A stretch of 64,000 nt of DNA, taken from the NCBI GenBank assembly GCA_964392085.1, contig CAYMOV010000005.1:5343-69342 (forward strand). The letters are read 5' to 3'. The notes beneath the pieces are model-generated. The model searched no databases. It was given only the letters and a program-made list of their open reading frames with translations, and had not been told where the DNA came from. This document shows positions 1-9,012 of the stretch, one piece after another. The position numbers and the translations under genes are program-made. Within the stretch, counting starts at the first letter, position 1. The number at the start of each line of letters is the position of its first letter. The DNA comes from an uncultured bacterium (GTDB lineage: Bacteria; Oederibacteriota; Muellerivitia; Muellerivitales; Muellerivitaceae).

Positions 1-9
1 GCTGTTTTC

Positions 10-1161
10 TTATGAAGCGGAAATCTTGACCCACCAGGGGGGTTGCAGCGGGTGGGGTTCCCTCCCGATCCGGAAAGGATCCAGGGACAGGTCGGTTTTT
101 TCACCCATGACCGCCTGGGCGATCAAGTGTCCTGAGGCCGGAGCCAAAAGGTGACCATGGGTGTGGTGACCCGCCGCCAAAAACAAACCCTCCACGCCCG
201 GCAGGGGGCCCAAGGTCGGATGGCCGTCCACTGAACCCGGGCGGAACCCGGAGAACATTCCCGATACCTTCAACGGTTCCAAACCCGGAACCATTTGCCG
301 GGCGGCGGCGGTGAGGGCTTCCAGCGCCGCGGGGGTCACGGACCGGTCAAACCCCACTTTTTCCAGGGTGCTCCCCACGTAAAGTTCCCCATCCCGGCGC
401 GGCACGATGTAGTAGCCCGAGGCGAAGAGGATGTGCTTCAACCGGCCCGAGGGTCCTTTCAAGAGGAGTACCTGGCCCTTGAGGGGATAGACCGGAAAGT
501 CCCAACCGAGCGGCTTGAGGAGGTCCGCCGACCAGGCCCCGGCCGCCACCACCACCCGTTCGGATTCGATGCGGCCCACGCAGGTCCGGACGCCCCGGAC
601 CCGGCCTCCCTCCACCAGGATTTCCTCGATCGCCTCATGGGTGTGGATCGGCACCCCCTCGACCCGGAGGGCCTCAATGAGGGACCGGCATAGCCGGACC
701 GGCCGGATCTGGACCGCGTCGGGCAGGCGAAGGGCCGACCGGACGTCGGGGGAGATGACCGGCTCCTTTTTCCGCGCCTCGGAACCGGTGATCCACTCGA
801 CCTTCAGTCCCAGTTCCTCGAGCTTTCCCCCCAAGTTTCGGGCGGTGGTTTCCTCCCGCTCGTTGAACAAAAGCCCCAGGGAACCGGACTCCATCCATTC
901 AGGGTCCATCCCCGAGGCCTTCTGGATCTCACGGATCCAGTCGGGGTAAAGCCCATAGGAGTAACGGCTGAGCTCAAACAGGGCCGGCGGGTCAAAGGCC
1001 ACGCTGTGAAGGGGCAGCATCCCCGCCCCGGCGGCGGATGCTTCCTGTCCGGCGGGACGGCGGTCATAGATCTCGACCGAAACCCCCCGGCGATGGAGGA
1101 ACCAGGCCGTCGCGAGGCCCATGAGGCCGCCGCCCGCCACGATGACTTTGTTTTTCGACAC
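10..1161 (-). CDS. FAD-dependent oxidoreductase, glycine/D-amino-acid oxidase (ThiO/DAO) family
   Basis: The ORF 10..1299 contains the Rossmann motif KVIVAGGGLMGLATAWFL immediately after the 46-aa N-terminal segment, followed by a DAO-family body that is GH-rich near the C-terminus. The first 46 aa of the tracked ORF are not protein-like and overlap the divergent gene at 1272. A GTG at 1161 preceded by AGGAAGG is the likelier start. Confidence 0.7.
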   Translation of the reverse strand: MSKNKVIVAGGGLMGLATAWFLHRRGVSVEIYDRRPAGQEASAAGAGMLPLHSVAFDPPALFELSRYSYGLYPDWIREIQKASGMDPEWMESGSLGLLFNEREETTARNLGGKLEELGLKVEWITGSEARKKEPVISPDVRSALRLPDAVQIRPVRLCRSLIEALRVEGVPIHTHEAIEEILVEGGRVRGVRTCVGRIESERVVVAAGAWSADLLKPLGWDFPVYPLKGQVLLLKGPSGRLKHILFASGYYIVPRRDGELYVGSTLEKVGFDRSVTPAALEALTAAARQMVPGLEPLKVSGMFSGFRPGSVDGHPTLGPLPGVEGLFLAAGHHTHGHLLAPASGHLIAQAVMGEKTDLSLDPFRIGREPHPLQPPWWVKISAS

Positions 1162-1271
1162 CGGAAGGCCTTCCTGTGTGTTTAGTGGAACCCGAATGTA
1201 CTGGGAGGGGTCCGAAGCGTATGTGACGGCTGTCAAGTTCCGCGCCCGCCACCGGAAGGTATATTGCTGAA

Positions 1272-1757
1272 ATGGATACCCAAATGGAAGAACTTTCAAT
1301 CGCCGTCCTCCAACAAACCCACCAGGAACTTCGGACCGTCATGGCCCGCCACCAGCTCGCGCTTTTGGCGGGCGACCTGCCCCTGGCCCGCGAACGGTTT
1401 TTGGAGGTCATGGACGCCCTGGAGACCCATGCCTTCGAGGAGGACAACGTCCTGGTCCCGCCCTATAAGGACCGTTGCCATCCGTCCCCCGGGGGGGATT
1501 CGCGGAACTTCACCGGCGAGCACGAGAAGGTCCGGTTGTTCCTGGCCCGGATCTGGCAGAAGGTGGAGGACCTGCCGAAGTCCGTGGACGCCAAGTCGGC
1601 GACGATCGCCTTGTTCGACGACGAGGCCCGGTTCAAGGAACTCTTGGAGCACCACTTCAAGCGTGAGGAGATCTTCCTCTTCCCCGAACTGGACCGGGTG
1701 TTGACGGACGACGAGAAGCGCGCGGCCCTCGGCAAGCTCACCCTCCACTTCACCTGA
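1272..1757 (+). CDS. hemerythrin HHE cation-binding domain protein
   Basis: 161 aa. It carries the HHFKREEIFLFPELD HHE-type motif, has His/Glu spacing typical of bacterial hemerythrin-like proteins, and starts with an ATG. Confidence 0.65.
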   Translation: MDTQMEELSIAVLQQTHQELRTVMARHQLALLAGDLPLARERFLEVMDALETHAFEEDNVLVPPYKDRCHPSPGGDSRNFTGEHEKVRLFLARIWQKVEDLPKSVDAKSATIALFDDEARFKELLEHHFKREEIFLFPELDRVLTDDEKRAALGKLTLHFT

Positions 1758-1768
1758 CCGGAACCAAT

Positions 1769-1857
1769 ATCCACCACAGGGACACTGGGACGGCTAAATA
1801 AAATCTTATGAAGATTTTCCGCTTCAAGTTATTCCTTCGGTCTCTGTGGTCCATGTG
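1769..1857. repeat. intergenic inverted-repeat element, copy 1 (CCACAGGGACAC...CTCTGTGG termini)
   Basis: The left arm atccaccacagggacactgggacgg (1769-1793) and right arm cggtctctgtggtccatgtg (1838-1857) match the arms of the elements at 26206-26322 and 27447-27611. A perfect nested palindrome AAAATCTT-atg-AAGATTTT lies at about 1800-1818. Confidence 0.5.
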
Positions 1858-1871
1858 TTTCAAATGTTTCC

Positions 1872-2642
1872 TTGGATATGATGTTTGAAATGGATATAAG
1901 CCCCGGCCTGTCGAAGACCTTCCCGACTAGTGACGGGGTTTCCATCGCCGTGACCCTCTCCCCCTCCGCGAATTCCGGTCGCCTGGTCATCCTCTCCCCC
2001 GGGTTCGCCCAACACCGGAACACTCCCGTGATGCGCCAACTGGCCCAGGGCCTCACGGACTTCGGGGAAGTCGCGGCGTTGGACCACCGGGGGACCGGCG
2101 GAAGCGGGGGCCGTTACGGCTTCGGCTGGAAGGAATACCTGGACCTGGAACCGCTCCTGGAATGGGGACGCCGTCGGGGAAAACAAACGGTCCTGGTCGG
2201 CTGTTCCATGGGCGGTTACCACTGCCTGAGGGCCGCGGCCGCCTGGCCCCAGTTCGTGGACCGACTGTTGATGGTATCTCCCCCGTCGGTTTTCGAGGAT
2301 GTCCTGGGGTCCGGCGGCGCTTGGCGGCAGGCCCTCCACGTCTCGAAGGATTGGAAGCTTTGGACCGTCCGGCTCCGGACCCGGCCCAACGTCTTCTTCC
2401 GCTACGGCCACCCCTTCCGGCCCAAACCCCCGGGCCGGGAACTGGCGGCCCAAATCCGGTGCCCCGCCCATATCTTGGCGGGCGAACGGGACCATTTGGT
2501 GTTCCCGTCTTTGAGCCGGGAGATCCATCGCGGCTTGGCCGGGAAGCGGAGTTGGACCTTGCGGAAGGGCGGCGAGCACGCCGAGGTGATGTATTTGCAG
2601 GACCCGGCGAGGTTTTTACGGTGGGTTGAACTGCATTTATAA
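1872..2642 (+). CDS. alpha/beta-fold hydrolase
   Basis: 256 aa. It has a GCSMGG nucleophile elbow (GxSxG) and the typical alpha/beta-hydrolase length and order. Confidence 0.75.
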   Translation: MDMMFEMDISPGLSKTFPTSDGVSIAVTLSPSANSGRLVILSPGFAQHRNTPVMRQLAQGLTDFGEVAALDHRGTGGSGGRYGFGWKEYLDLEPLLEWGRRRGKQTVLVGCSMGGYHCLRAAAAWPQFVDRLLMVSPPSVFEDVLGSGGAWRQALHVSKDWKLWTVRLRTRPNVFFRYGHPFRPKPPGRELAAQIRCPAHILAGERDHLVFPSLSREIHRGLAGKRSWTLRKGGEHAEVMYLQDPARFLRWVELHL

Positions 2643-2701
2643 ACCCGCGTCTTCAACGCCGACCCAGAAACCAGCCACACCAGTAAGTACCCCTCACCCA
2701 A

Positions 2702-2770
2702 CCCTCTCCCTCAAGGGGAGAGGGATAAAAAAAAACGCCCCGGCGGTTCCCCGCCGGGGCGTTTTTTTTA
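2702..2770. terminator. bidirectional Rho-independent terminator (two hairpins)
   Basis: There is a ccctctccc-tcaa-ggggagaggg hairpin. It is followed by an A-run, then the GC hairpin cgccccggcgg-ttcc-ccgccggggcg, then T8. Confidence 0.7.
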
Positions 2771-2812
2771 TTGCTTGGCCATCCGCTACCCGCTATCCCC
2801 CATCAGCGATTT

Positions 2813-3211
2813 TCAGCCCCCGCTTCCCACCTTGCGCGGAGCGCTGACCTGCTTCACCGACACCGTAGGGGGCTTCACCGCGGCGTTCGGGGCGTAACCG
2901 TGCGGCTTCTGCTGGTCGTGGCCGTGGTCGGTTTCATGGGGATGGTCATGATCGTGGGCGTGGTCGTGCCCATGTTCCTTCTCGTGTTCTTCCGCTTCCT
3001 TCTCGGCCTTGGCCTTGGCCGCCGCGTTCGTCTTGGCCATCTCGGCGCTTTGGGCCTCTTCGTCGATCCTCAGGTGGCACTTCTTATATTTCTTCTTGGA
3101 CCCACAGGAGCACTCGTCGTTGCGTCCCAAGGACTTGAGCCGTTCCTGCCAGCCCTCGCTGCCCAGGGCTTTCGCCGGGGCATCGGATTTCGCCTTTTTC
3201 TTGTCCGCCAT
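2813..3211 (-). CDS. SEC-C metal-binding motif protein with His-rich C-terminal tail
   Basis: Contains CSCGSKKKYKKCH (SEC-C motif) followed by a lysine/alanine-rich segment and EHEKEHGHDHAHDHDHPHETDHGHD. The internal ATG at 3211 is preceded by a GGTGGAG RBS. The longer ORF to 3421 has a non-protein-like N-terminus. Confidence 0.6.
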   Translation of the reverse strand: MADKKKAKSDAPAKALGSEGWQERLKSLGRNDECSCGSKKKYKKCHLRIDEEAQSAEMAKTNAAAKAKAEKEAEEHEKEHGHDHAHDHDHPHETDHGHDQQKPHGYAPNAAVKPPTVSVKQVSAPRKVGSGG

Positions 3212-3470
3212 GAATCTCCACCGTCCTTTCGTGCCGCCTATCCTAACCGCCTTTAACCCGCCTGAAAAGCTTCCCTCGACTGCCGCCAGGGTATTTAAGC
3301 CCCGGAATGGTCTTTCCAAGTTTGTCGTCTCTACATTCCAGGCTTTGCCTACTTTGGGTTGTGCCGTGGCTAACCGCCAACCGCTAACCGCTTGCGGTGC
3401 CGAGGCCACGAGCCGAGTCACATGCTTGGCATGTGCCGCGCAAATAGCGCGGTTCCACCTGCTGTCGTTC

Positions 3471-5138
3471 TTATTTTTTTCCCGACTTCTTCCCCTTCTT
3501 CACTTCCCGCTCCTGCCATTCCTGGTAGTCCTTGAAGGTGCCCGGGAAGTCGTTCCACTCCCCGTCGGCCTTCAGTTCCACGATTCGGGTGGCCACCTTG
3601 TCGATGAGGTCCTGGTCGTGGGTGGTGAAGAGCACCGTCCCCGGGTACTCCGCGAGGGCGTTCGAGAGCGACTCGATGGACTCCAGGTCCATGTGGTTCG
3701 TGGGCTCGTCCAACAGCAGGGTGTTGCCGCCCATCATCATCATGCGGCTGAGCATGAGTCGCTGGCACTCGCCCCCGGACAGGACCGTCACCTTCTTATC
3801 CTGTTCCTCGCCCGTGAAGAGCATCCGGCCGAGGATGCCCCGGATGAACTGGATATCCTCGTAGGGCGCGAATTGCTTGAGCCACTCGGCGCCGCTCATT
3901 TCCTCCTGCAGCTCCTCCTTGGCGTCCTGCGGCATGTAGGACAGCCTGACCGACTTGCCCCATTTGATCTCGCCCTCGTCGATGGGATGTCCCCACTTGC
4001 GGATGTACTCGCCCTTGCCGCCCTCGGGGTTGTAGGCGCCGATCAGGCTCTTGAGGAGCGTGGTCTTGCCGAAGCCGTTGGGCCCCAGGATGGCCACGCG
4101 CTCGCCCTGGCCCACCAGGAAGCTCATCCGCTTGATGACCTTCAGGTCGCCGTAGGACTTGGAGATGCTGCGGACCTCCAGCACGTCCTTGCCGAGGGGG
4201 TCCTTGGCCTTGAAGGCCAGCTTGGGGTACATCCGGCTGGAGGGGACGATCTCCTCGAGCTCGATCTTCTCGAGAAGCCGGGCGCGGCTGGTGGCCTGGG
4301 CGCTCTTGGAGGCGTTGGCGCTGAACCGGGCGATGAAGGCCTTCAGCTCCCCGATGCGCTTTTCCTTGCGCTCGTTCTCGGCCAATCGGGCCCCCAGCAC
4401 CTGGTCGCTGGCCATCTTGAAGTAGTCGTAGTTTCCCGGGTAGATGGTGATCTTCTGGCGGTCCACGTCGGCCATGTGGGTGCAGATGTTGTTGAGGAAG
4501 TGACGGTCGTGCGACACCACCAGGATGGTGCCCTCGAAGGCGTTGAGGTAGTCCTCCAGCCACTTGATGCTCCGGATATCCAGGTGGTTGGTCGGCTCGT
4601 CGAGGAGCATGAGGTCCGGCGAGGCGTAGAGGATCTGGGCCAGCAGCACCCGCAGCTTCCAACCCCCGGCCAACTGCTTCATCTGCCATTCGTGCTTGGA
4701 CGACTCGATGCCCAGGTTTTCGAGGAATTCCCCGGCCCCCGCCGTGATGGCGTAGCCGTTCTTGGCGGCGAACTCGTCCTCCAGCTCGGCGATCTTGTGG
4801 CCCTCGGCGTCGGTGAGGTTGGCCTTGGCGTACAGCCGGTCCCGCTCCTCCTGGAGCTTCCAGAGGTCTTCCCGGCCCATCAGGACCGTGTCGATGATCT
4901 TCATCTCGTCGTAGGCGTACTGGTCCTGCTTCAGCATCCCCATCTTGACGCCGCGGTCGAGGTCGATCTTCCCCTCGTCGGCGGCCATCTGCCCGGAGAG
5001 GACCTTCAGGAAGGTGGATTTGCCGGAGCCGTTGGCGCCGATGATGCCGTAGCAGTAGCCGGGCTTGAACTTCAACGTGACGTCGTCGAAGAGCGCCTTC
5101 TTGCCGAAGCGAAGGGTGAGGTTGGAGACGGAAATCAT
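3471..5138 (-). CDS. ABC-F family ATPase (tandem ABC domains, ribosome-associated translation factor type)
   Basis: 555 aa with two Walker A motifs (GANGSGKST; GPNGFGKTT), ABC signature motifs, an inter-domain linker, and a lysine-rich C-terminus. Confidence 0.9.
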   Translation of the reverse strand: MISVSNLTLRFGKKALFDDVTLKFKPGYCYGIIGANGSGKSTFLKVLSGQMAADEGKIDLDRGVKMGMLKQDQYAYDEMKIIDTVLMGREDLWKLQEERDRLYAKANLTDAEGHKIAELEDEFAAKNGYAITAGAGEFLENLGIESSKHEWQMKQLAGGWKLRVLLAQILYASPDLMLLDEPTNHLDIRSIKWLEDYLNAFEGTILVVSHDRHFLNNICTHMADVDRQKITIYPGNYDYFKMASDQVLGARLAENERKEKRIGELKAFIARFSANASKSAQATSRARLLEKIELEEIVPSSRMYPKLAFKAKDPLGKDVLEVRSISKSYGDLKVIKRMSFLVGQGERVAILGPNGFGKTTLLKSLIGAYNPEGGKGEYIRKWGHPIDEGEIKWGKSVRLSYMPQDAKEELQEEMSGAEWLKQFAPYEDIQFIRGILGRMLFTGEEQDKKVTVLSGGECQRLMLSRMMMMGGNTLLLDEPTNHMDLESIESLSNALAEYPGTVLFTTHDQDLIDKVATRIVELKADGEWNDFPGTFKDYQEWQEREVKKGKKSGKK

Positions 5139-5365
5139 GAAATCCTCAAGGGAATCAAAATGGGAGGCTGGGGGGCCCCGGGCCGGTCCTGGAAGCCGGG
5201 ATGATACACCTTCAGGGCCCTTTCACAACACCCGCCGGGACCGAAAAGAAGGCGGCGCGGGGCCCCAACGGCCCAGCCCATCCCCCGGGGGACGTTGGAC
5301 CGAAAACCCCCCAAGGGAGGTCCCAAAGAAAGGATAATGCGCGGACACCAACGGAAGTCACGGAC

Positions 5366-8300
5366 ATGGCCGACCCCCCCAAACGATCCCACCGCAAAGC
5401 CCTTCGACGGCTGGGGTATGCCCTCCTCTTGTTGGTTGCCCTCTTGGCGGCATTTTTAGGGTTCCTCACCACGCCCCCGGGCGAGAGGCTCCTGAAGGGC
5501 TGGGCCGAGGAATCCCTCTCCTCGGCGCTTCGGACCCGGGTCAAAATCGGGTCCATCGAGACCGACCTCTTGAGCCGCCTGGTCCTCCGGGACGTGCGGT
5601 TGGAAGCGGGCCCACCGGACCACCCCGACCCCTTCGTCCGTTTCTCCGTGGGCCGGGTGGATTACCAGCCCCTCGCCTTCCTGTCGAAACGGTGGTTTGT
5701 GCGCAATGTCCGGGTGGAGGACCTCGACGCGGTGCTCCGGCGCCAGGAGGACGGCACCTGGGAGTGGCCGTTCCTCCGCAAGAGCCCGGGGTCCCCATCC
5801 CAGGCCCCGAAGCCCAAGGGCTCGGGGTTCCAGGTCGACCTCCAAAAGGTGGAGTTGGCCCGTTTCAAGGTCCGGTACGACAATGAGGCCACCGGCCTCC
5901 GGGCCGCGATCGAGGGACCCGGGGGATCCTTGGAGAAAACCGGCGCCGGATGGAAAGCCTCGATGGACCTCACCCAGGTCCGCCTCCAAAACCAACGGGG
6001 GGCCGTGGTGGATGGCCAGGACCAGGGCCGGGTTGAGGCCGTCTGGTCACCGGAGAAGATCGAGTTGGAGCGCCTGGCCCTCACCCTCTTCGGCGGGAAG
6101 CTCTCGGCCCAAGGCACACTCTACCCGGGCGGGGTCATGAGGAAATTCCACCTCGCCCTGGCGGACGCCGACGCGGGGACCTTGGCGGCCTTCGCGCTCG
6201 GGAAAAAAACACCCTTTGAGGGTCGGCTCTCCTTCGACGCCGACCTCGACGGTTTGGTCTCGAAACCCCACAGCCTCACCTCAAGGGGACGCCTCACCCT
6301 GGACGACCAAACCCTCGGCGGTGATCCCCTGTTCACCTTGAACGCCGACTGGTCCCTCGCCCAAGGCCGCTTGGCCCTTTCCGCTTCCCAAGGCCCCAAC
6401 GAGATCCTGCTGAGGGCCAGCTTGGACCGGGCCGACCGGTGGAGCGGGCTTTTCACCGGGTCCATCGCGGATCCCGGGCCGCCGGCCGGCCTCCTGGGGA
6501 TCCCGAACGCCACGGGCCGTTTGGCCGCCACCGGCGACATCCGGGGATCCTTTTCCCGCCCTGAGGCGGACTTGGTCCTGTCGGGCGACAACGTCCGGTT
6601 GGACGGTTTCCCGGTGGACAGCCTGTCCGGCGGCCTCCTCCTCGGGACCGCGGGCGTCACGTTCCGCAAGGTCCAGGTCGACGGCGCCCTCCGTTCCCCC
6701 GATCCCGACCATCCGCTTTTGGGGCTCAAGTCCTGGTCCGGGGGCTTCCGTTACCACGCCGAGTTGGATGGGCCCTTGTCCGGACCCGAAGCCTCCCTGC
6801 GGGTTGATTTCACCCGGCCCGGCTTCGGCGGGATCAAGCTGGACCGGGCGGCCCTGCGGGCCACGATCCACCGGGGTGAACTCAAGCTGGACCTCTTCAA
6901 GGGCCAGCGGGATTTTGTGGTGGCCCAAGCCGTCGGGAGCCACTCCCTGAAAAAACGGACGGGTTCCCTCACGCTCTCCTTCCTGGAGGTCAAGACCAAC
7001 AAACGCAAGGGACGGAACGACGCGGGTTTCGACCGCCTGATCCCGTTGGAGAAGCTGGGGCCCGGCCGGTCGGAAAACCTGGAACTGAAATGGGCCCTCC
7101 AGGACTCCGGGGGCTTCCGTTTGGAAGCCCAAGCCGACAGCCTCAAGCTGGACAAGGTCTGGGCCTTGGCCCCCTCCGCGGCCCAAGCCGAAGGCCTCCT
7201 GGGTGTCCGCTTGGTCCTCCAACGCGAGCCCGGGGTTCCCCATCCCGGCCCGCTTGAGGTCTCCGGGGGGGTCACCCTGAGGGACGGCGCCTGGCAGGCC
7301 CAACGGGACACGGCTCCGGTGGAGAACCTCCAAGCCGTGGTCTTGTTGGATAAGTCCCGGTTGGTCCTCCAGAAGCTCCAGGGAACCGTCCACGGCCTCG
7401 CCTTGGAGCTCAAGGGATCGGCGAACCTACCAGGGTCCCGTTCGGAGAGGAAATGGGGCCTCACGCTCCTGGCGGACCGCCGGGAAGCCGCGACGGCCTC
7501 GGGCACCTTCGCCCCGGATCGGTTGGAACTCCAGGTCGGCCTGGCGAAACTTCCCGCCCAGGCGTTGGAACCCTTCCTCCCTTTCTTTTCCGGCATGGGT
7601 GGGGAACTCACCGGGCGGTTCAAGATCTCGGGAACCCCTTCTTCCCCCCGGTTGAACGGTCCCCTCACCGTGGAGGACCTCTCGTTCTTTCTCCCGATCC
7701 TCAACGCGAAAATCACCCAAGGAAACCTCACGGCGGCGTTCAACGGGCAACGGCTTGACTTGGCGGAATCCAAGCTCCTGTTCAACGGGGGCCCCGTCAC
7801 CCTCCAAGGCGGGTGGGACTGGGGCCAGGGTCAGGAGGATTTCGGGGTCGAGGCGAACTTCGCCAAGGTCAAGGTCGACCTGCCCCACCTCCTGTCCGGG
7901 ACCATCGATACCGGGCGGGCATCCTGGAAATCCTCCGAGGGAGGGTACCTCCTGGAGGGCGACCTGGATCTGGCCTCCGCGAAATGGCAGAAGGACTTCG
8001 CGGTTTCGGAGCCTTCCTCCCCGCCGGACCTGCCGCCTTTCCTGGCCCAAACGCGGTTTTCGGTCCGCTTCCGGGGGACCCATGACGCCTACCTCGACAA
8101 CAACTGGGGACGGATCGAGGTGGACGCCGACGCCGCCCTGGCCGGCACCTGGGCCGCCCCGACCCTGCTGGGCCAGTTCCAGGCCCTGGGCGGCAAGGTC
8201 TTCTACCTCGACCGGAAGTTCAACGTGGCCGAGGGGTCGGCGCAGTTCAACGACGCCACCCAGGTAAACCCCCTTCTTCACCTTTTGGCGGAAACCACCG

Positions 8301-8827
8301 TCCGGTCCTACGGCCTCACGGGAACGCCCTTGGACTACTCCGTCGTCCTGTCCATCGACGGTCCACTGGACCAGATGAGGCTCAACCTCATCTCCGACCC
8401 CGTGCTGGACTCCGCCGACATCGTCTCGCTCCTCACCCTGGGAGCCACCCGCAACCAGATCCTCGTGAGGAACCCCGGGGGGCCCGCCGCCGGGGACCAG
8501 ATCGTCAGCCGGGCGGGGTCCTTCACGACGAACACCCTGGCGGACTATTCCGCCCGGAAGGTCGGGCGGATCATCGGTTTGGAGGACCTCAGCGTGGAGG
8601 GCAACCTCTGGGGGGCCGGGGGCGCGTCCACCACCGATCCACGAATCAGCGCCACCACCCGGGTCAGCGACCGGATCAGCGTGACCTACAGCACTTCAGC
8701 GGGCCGGGACCTCAACCAATCGGTCAAGGTCGGTTATTACCTATCCAACCGGTTCTCCGTGGTCACCCAGGCCGGCCAAACGGGCGCCTCCAGCCTCGAC
8801 CTCAGCTATCGGATGCTCTTCAAATGA
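5366..8827 (+). CDS. tamB: TamB-like translocation and assembly module protein (AsmA-like, DUF490 C-terminus)
   Basis: The ATG at 5366 gives MADPPKRSHRK followed by a single N-terminal TM helix. The roughly 1150-aa body is repetitive and beta-rich. The C-terminus reads GYYLSNRFSVVTQAGQTGASSLDLSYRMLFK, typical of TamB. The stop overlaps the next start as ATGA. Confidence 0.85.
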   Translation: MADPPKRSHRKALRRLGYALLLLVALLAAFLGFLTTPPGERLLKGWAEESLSSALRTRVKIGSIETDLLSRLVLRDVRLEAGPPDHPDPFVRFSVGRVDYQPLAFLSKRWFVRNVRVEDLDAVLRRQEDGTWEWPFLRKSPGSPSQAPKPKGSGFQVDLQKVELARFKVRYDNEATGLRAAIEGPGGSLEKTGAGWKASMDLTQVRLQNQRGAVVDGQDQGRVEAVWSPEKIELERLALTLFGGKLSAQGTLYPGGVMRKFHLALADADAGTLAAFALGKKTPFEGRLSFDADLDGLVSKPHSLTSRGRLTLDDQTLGGDPLFTLNADWSLAQGRLALSASQGPNEILLRASLDRADRWSGLFTGSIADPGPPAGLLGIPNATGRLAATGDIRGSFSRPEADLVLSGDNVRLDGFPVDSLSGGLLLGTAGVTFRKVQVDGALRSPDPDHPLLGLKSWSGGFRYHAELDGPLSGPEASLRVDFTRPGFGGIKLDRAALRATIHRGELKLDLFKGQRDFVVAQAVGSHSLKKRTGSLTLSFLEVKTNKRKGRNDAGFDRLIPLEKLGPGRSENLELKWALQDSGGFRLEAQADSLKLDKVWALAPSAAQAEGLLGVRLVLQREPGVPHPGPLEVSGGVTLRDGAWQAQRDTAPVENLQAVVLLDKSRLVLQKLQGTVHGLALELKGSANLPGSRSERKWGLTLLADRREAATASGTFAPDRLELQVGLAKLPAQALEPFLPFFSGMGGELTGRFKISGTPSSPRLNGPLTVEDLSFFLPILNAKITQGNLTAAFNGQRLDLAESKLLFNGGPVTLQGGWDWGQGQEDFGVEANFAKVKVDLPHLLSGTIDTGRASWKSSEGGYLLEGDLDLASAKWQKDFAVSEPSSPPDLPPFLAQTRFSVRFRGTHDAYLDNNWGRIEVDADAALAGTWAAPTLLGQFQALGGKVFYLDRKFNVAEGSAQFNDATQVNPLLHLLAETTVRSYGLTGTPLDYSVVLSIDGPLDQMRLNLISDPVLDSADIVSLLTLGATRNQILVRNPGGPAAGDQIVSRAGSFTTNTLADYSARKVGRIIGLEDLSVEGNLWGAGGASTTDPRISATTRVSDRISVTYSTSAGRDLNQSVKVGYYLSNRFSVVTQAGQTGASSLDLSYRMLFK

Positions 8828-9012
8828 CCCGGCCCCCTTCACCGAATCCTCAACAGGACGGTTTGTCCTGGGTCCATGAAATGGGGGCCGCCCTCATTTC
8901 CCCGCGCGGGCCCTGCCCGCGGATGCCCAAAACAATGGTGAGGGGGCGGAAAATGAACCCCAACGACACAATGGCCCGGGTTGGGCGATCCCTGAATTTC
9001 CCATGCTCCAAG

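Noticed and set aside
3009-5204. 731-aa plus-strand ORF
   Set aside because: It is antisense to the well-supported ABC-F gene, has an Ala/Gly/Leu/Pro-rich GC-frame composition, and has no motifs.
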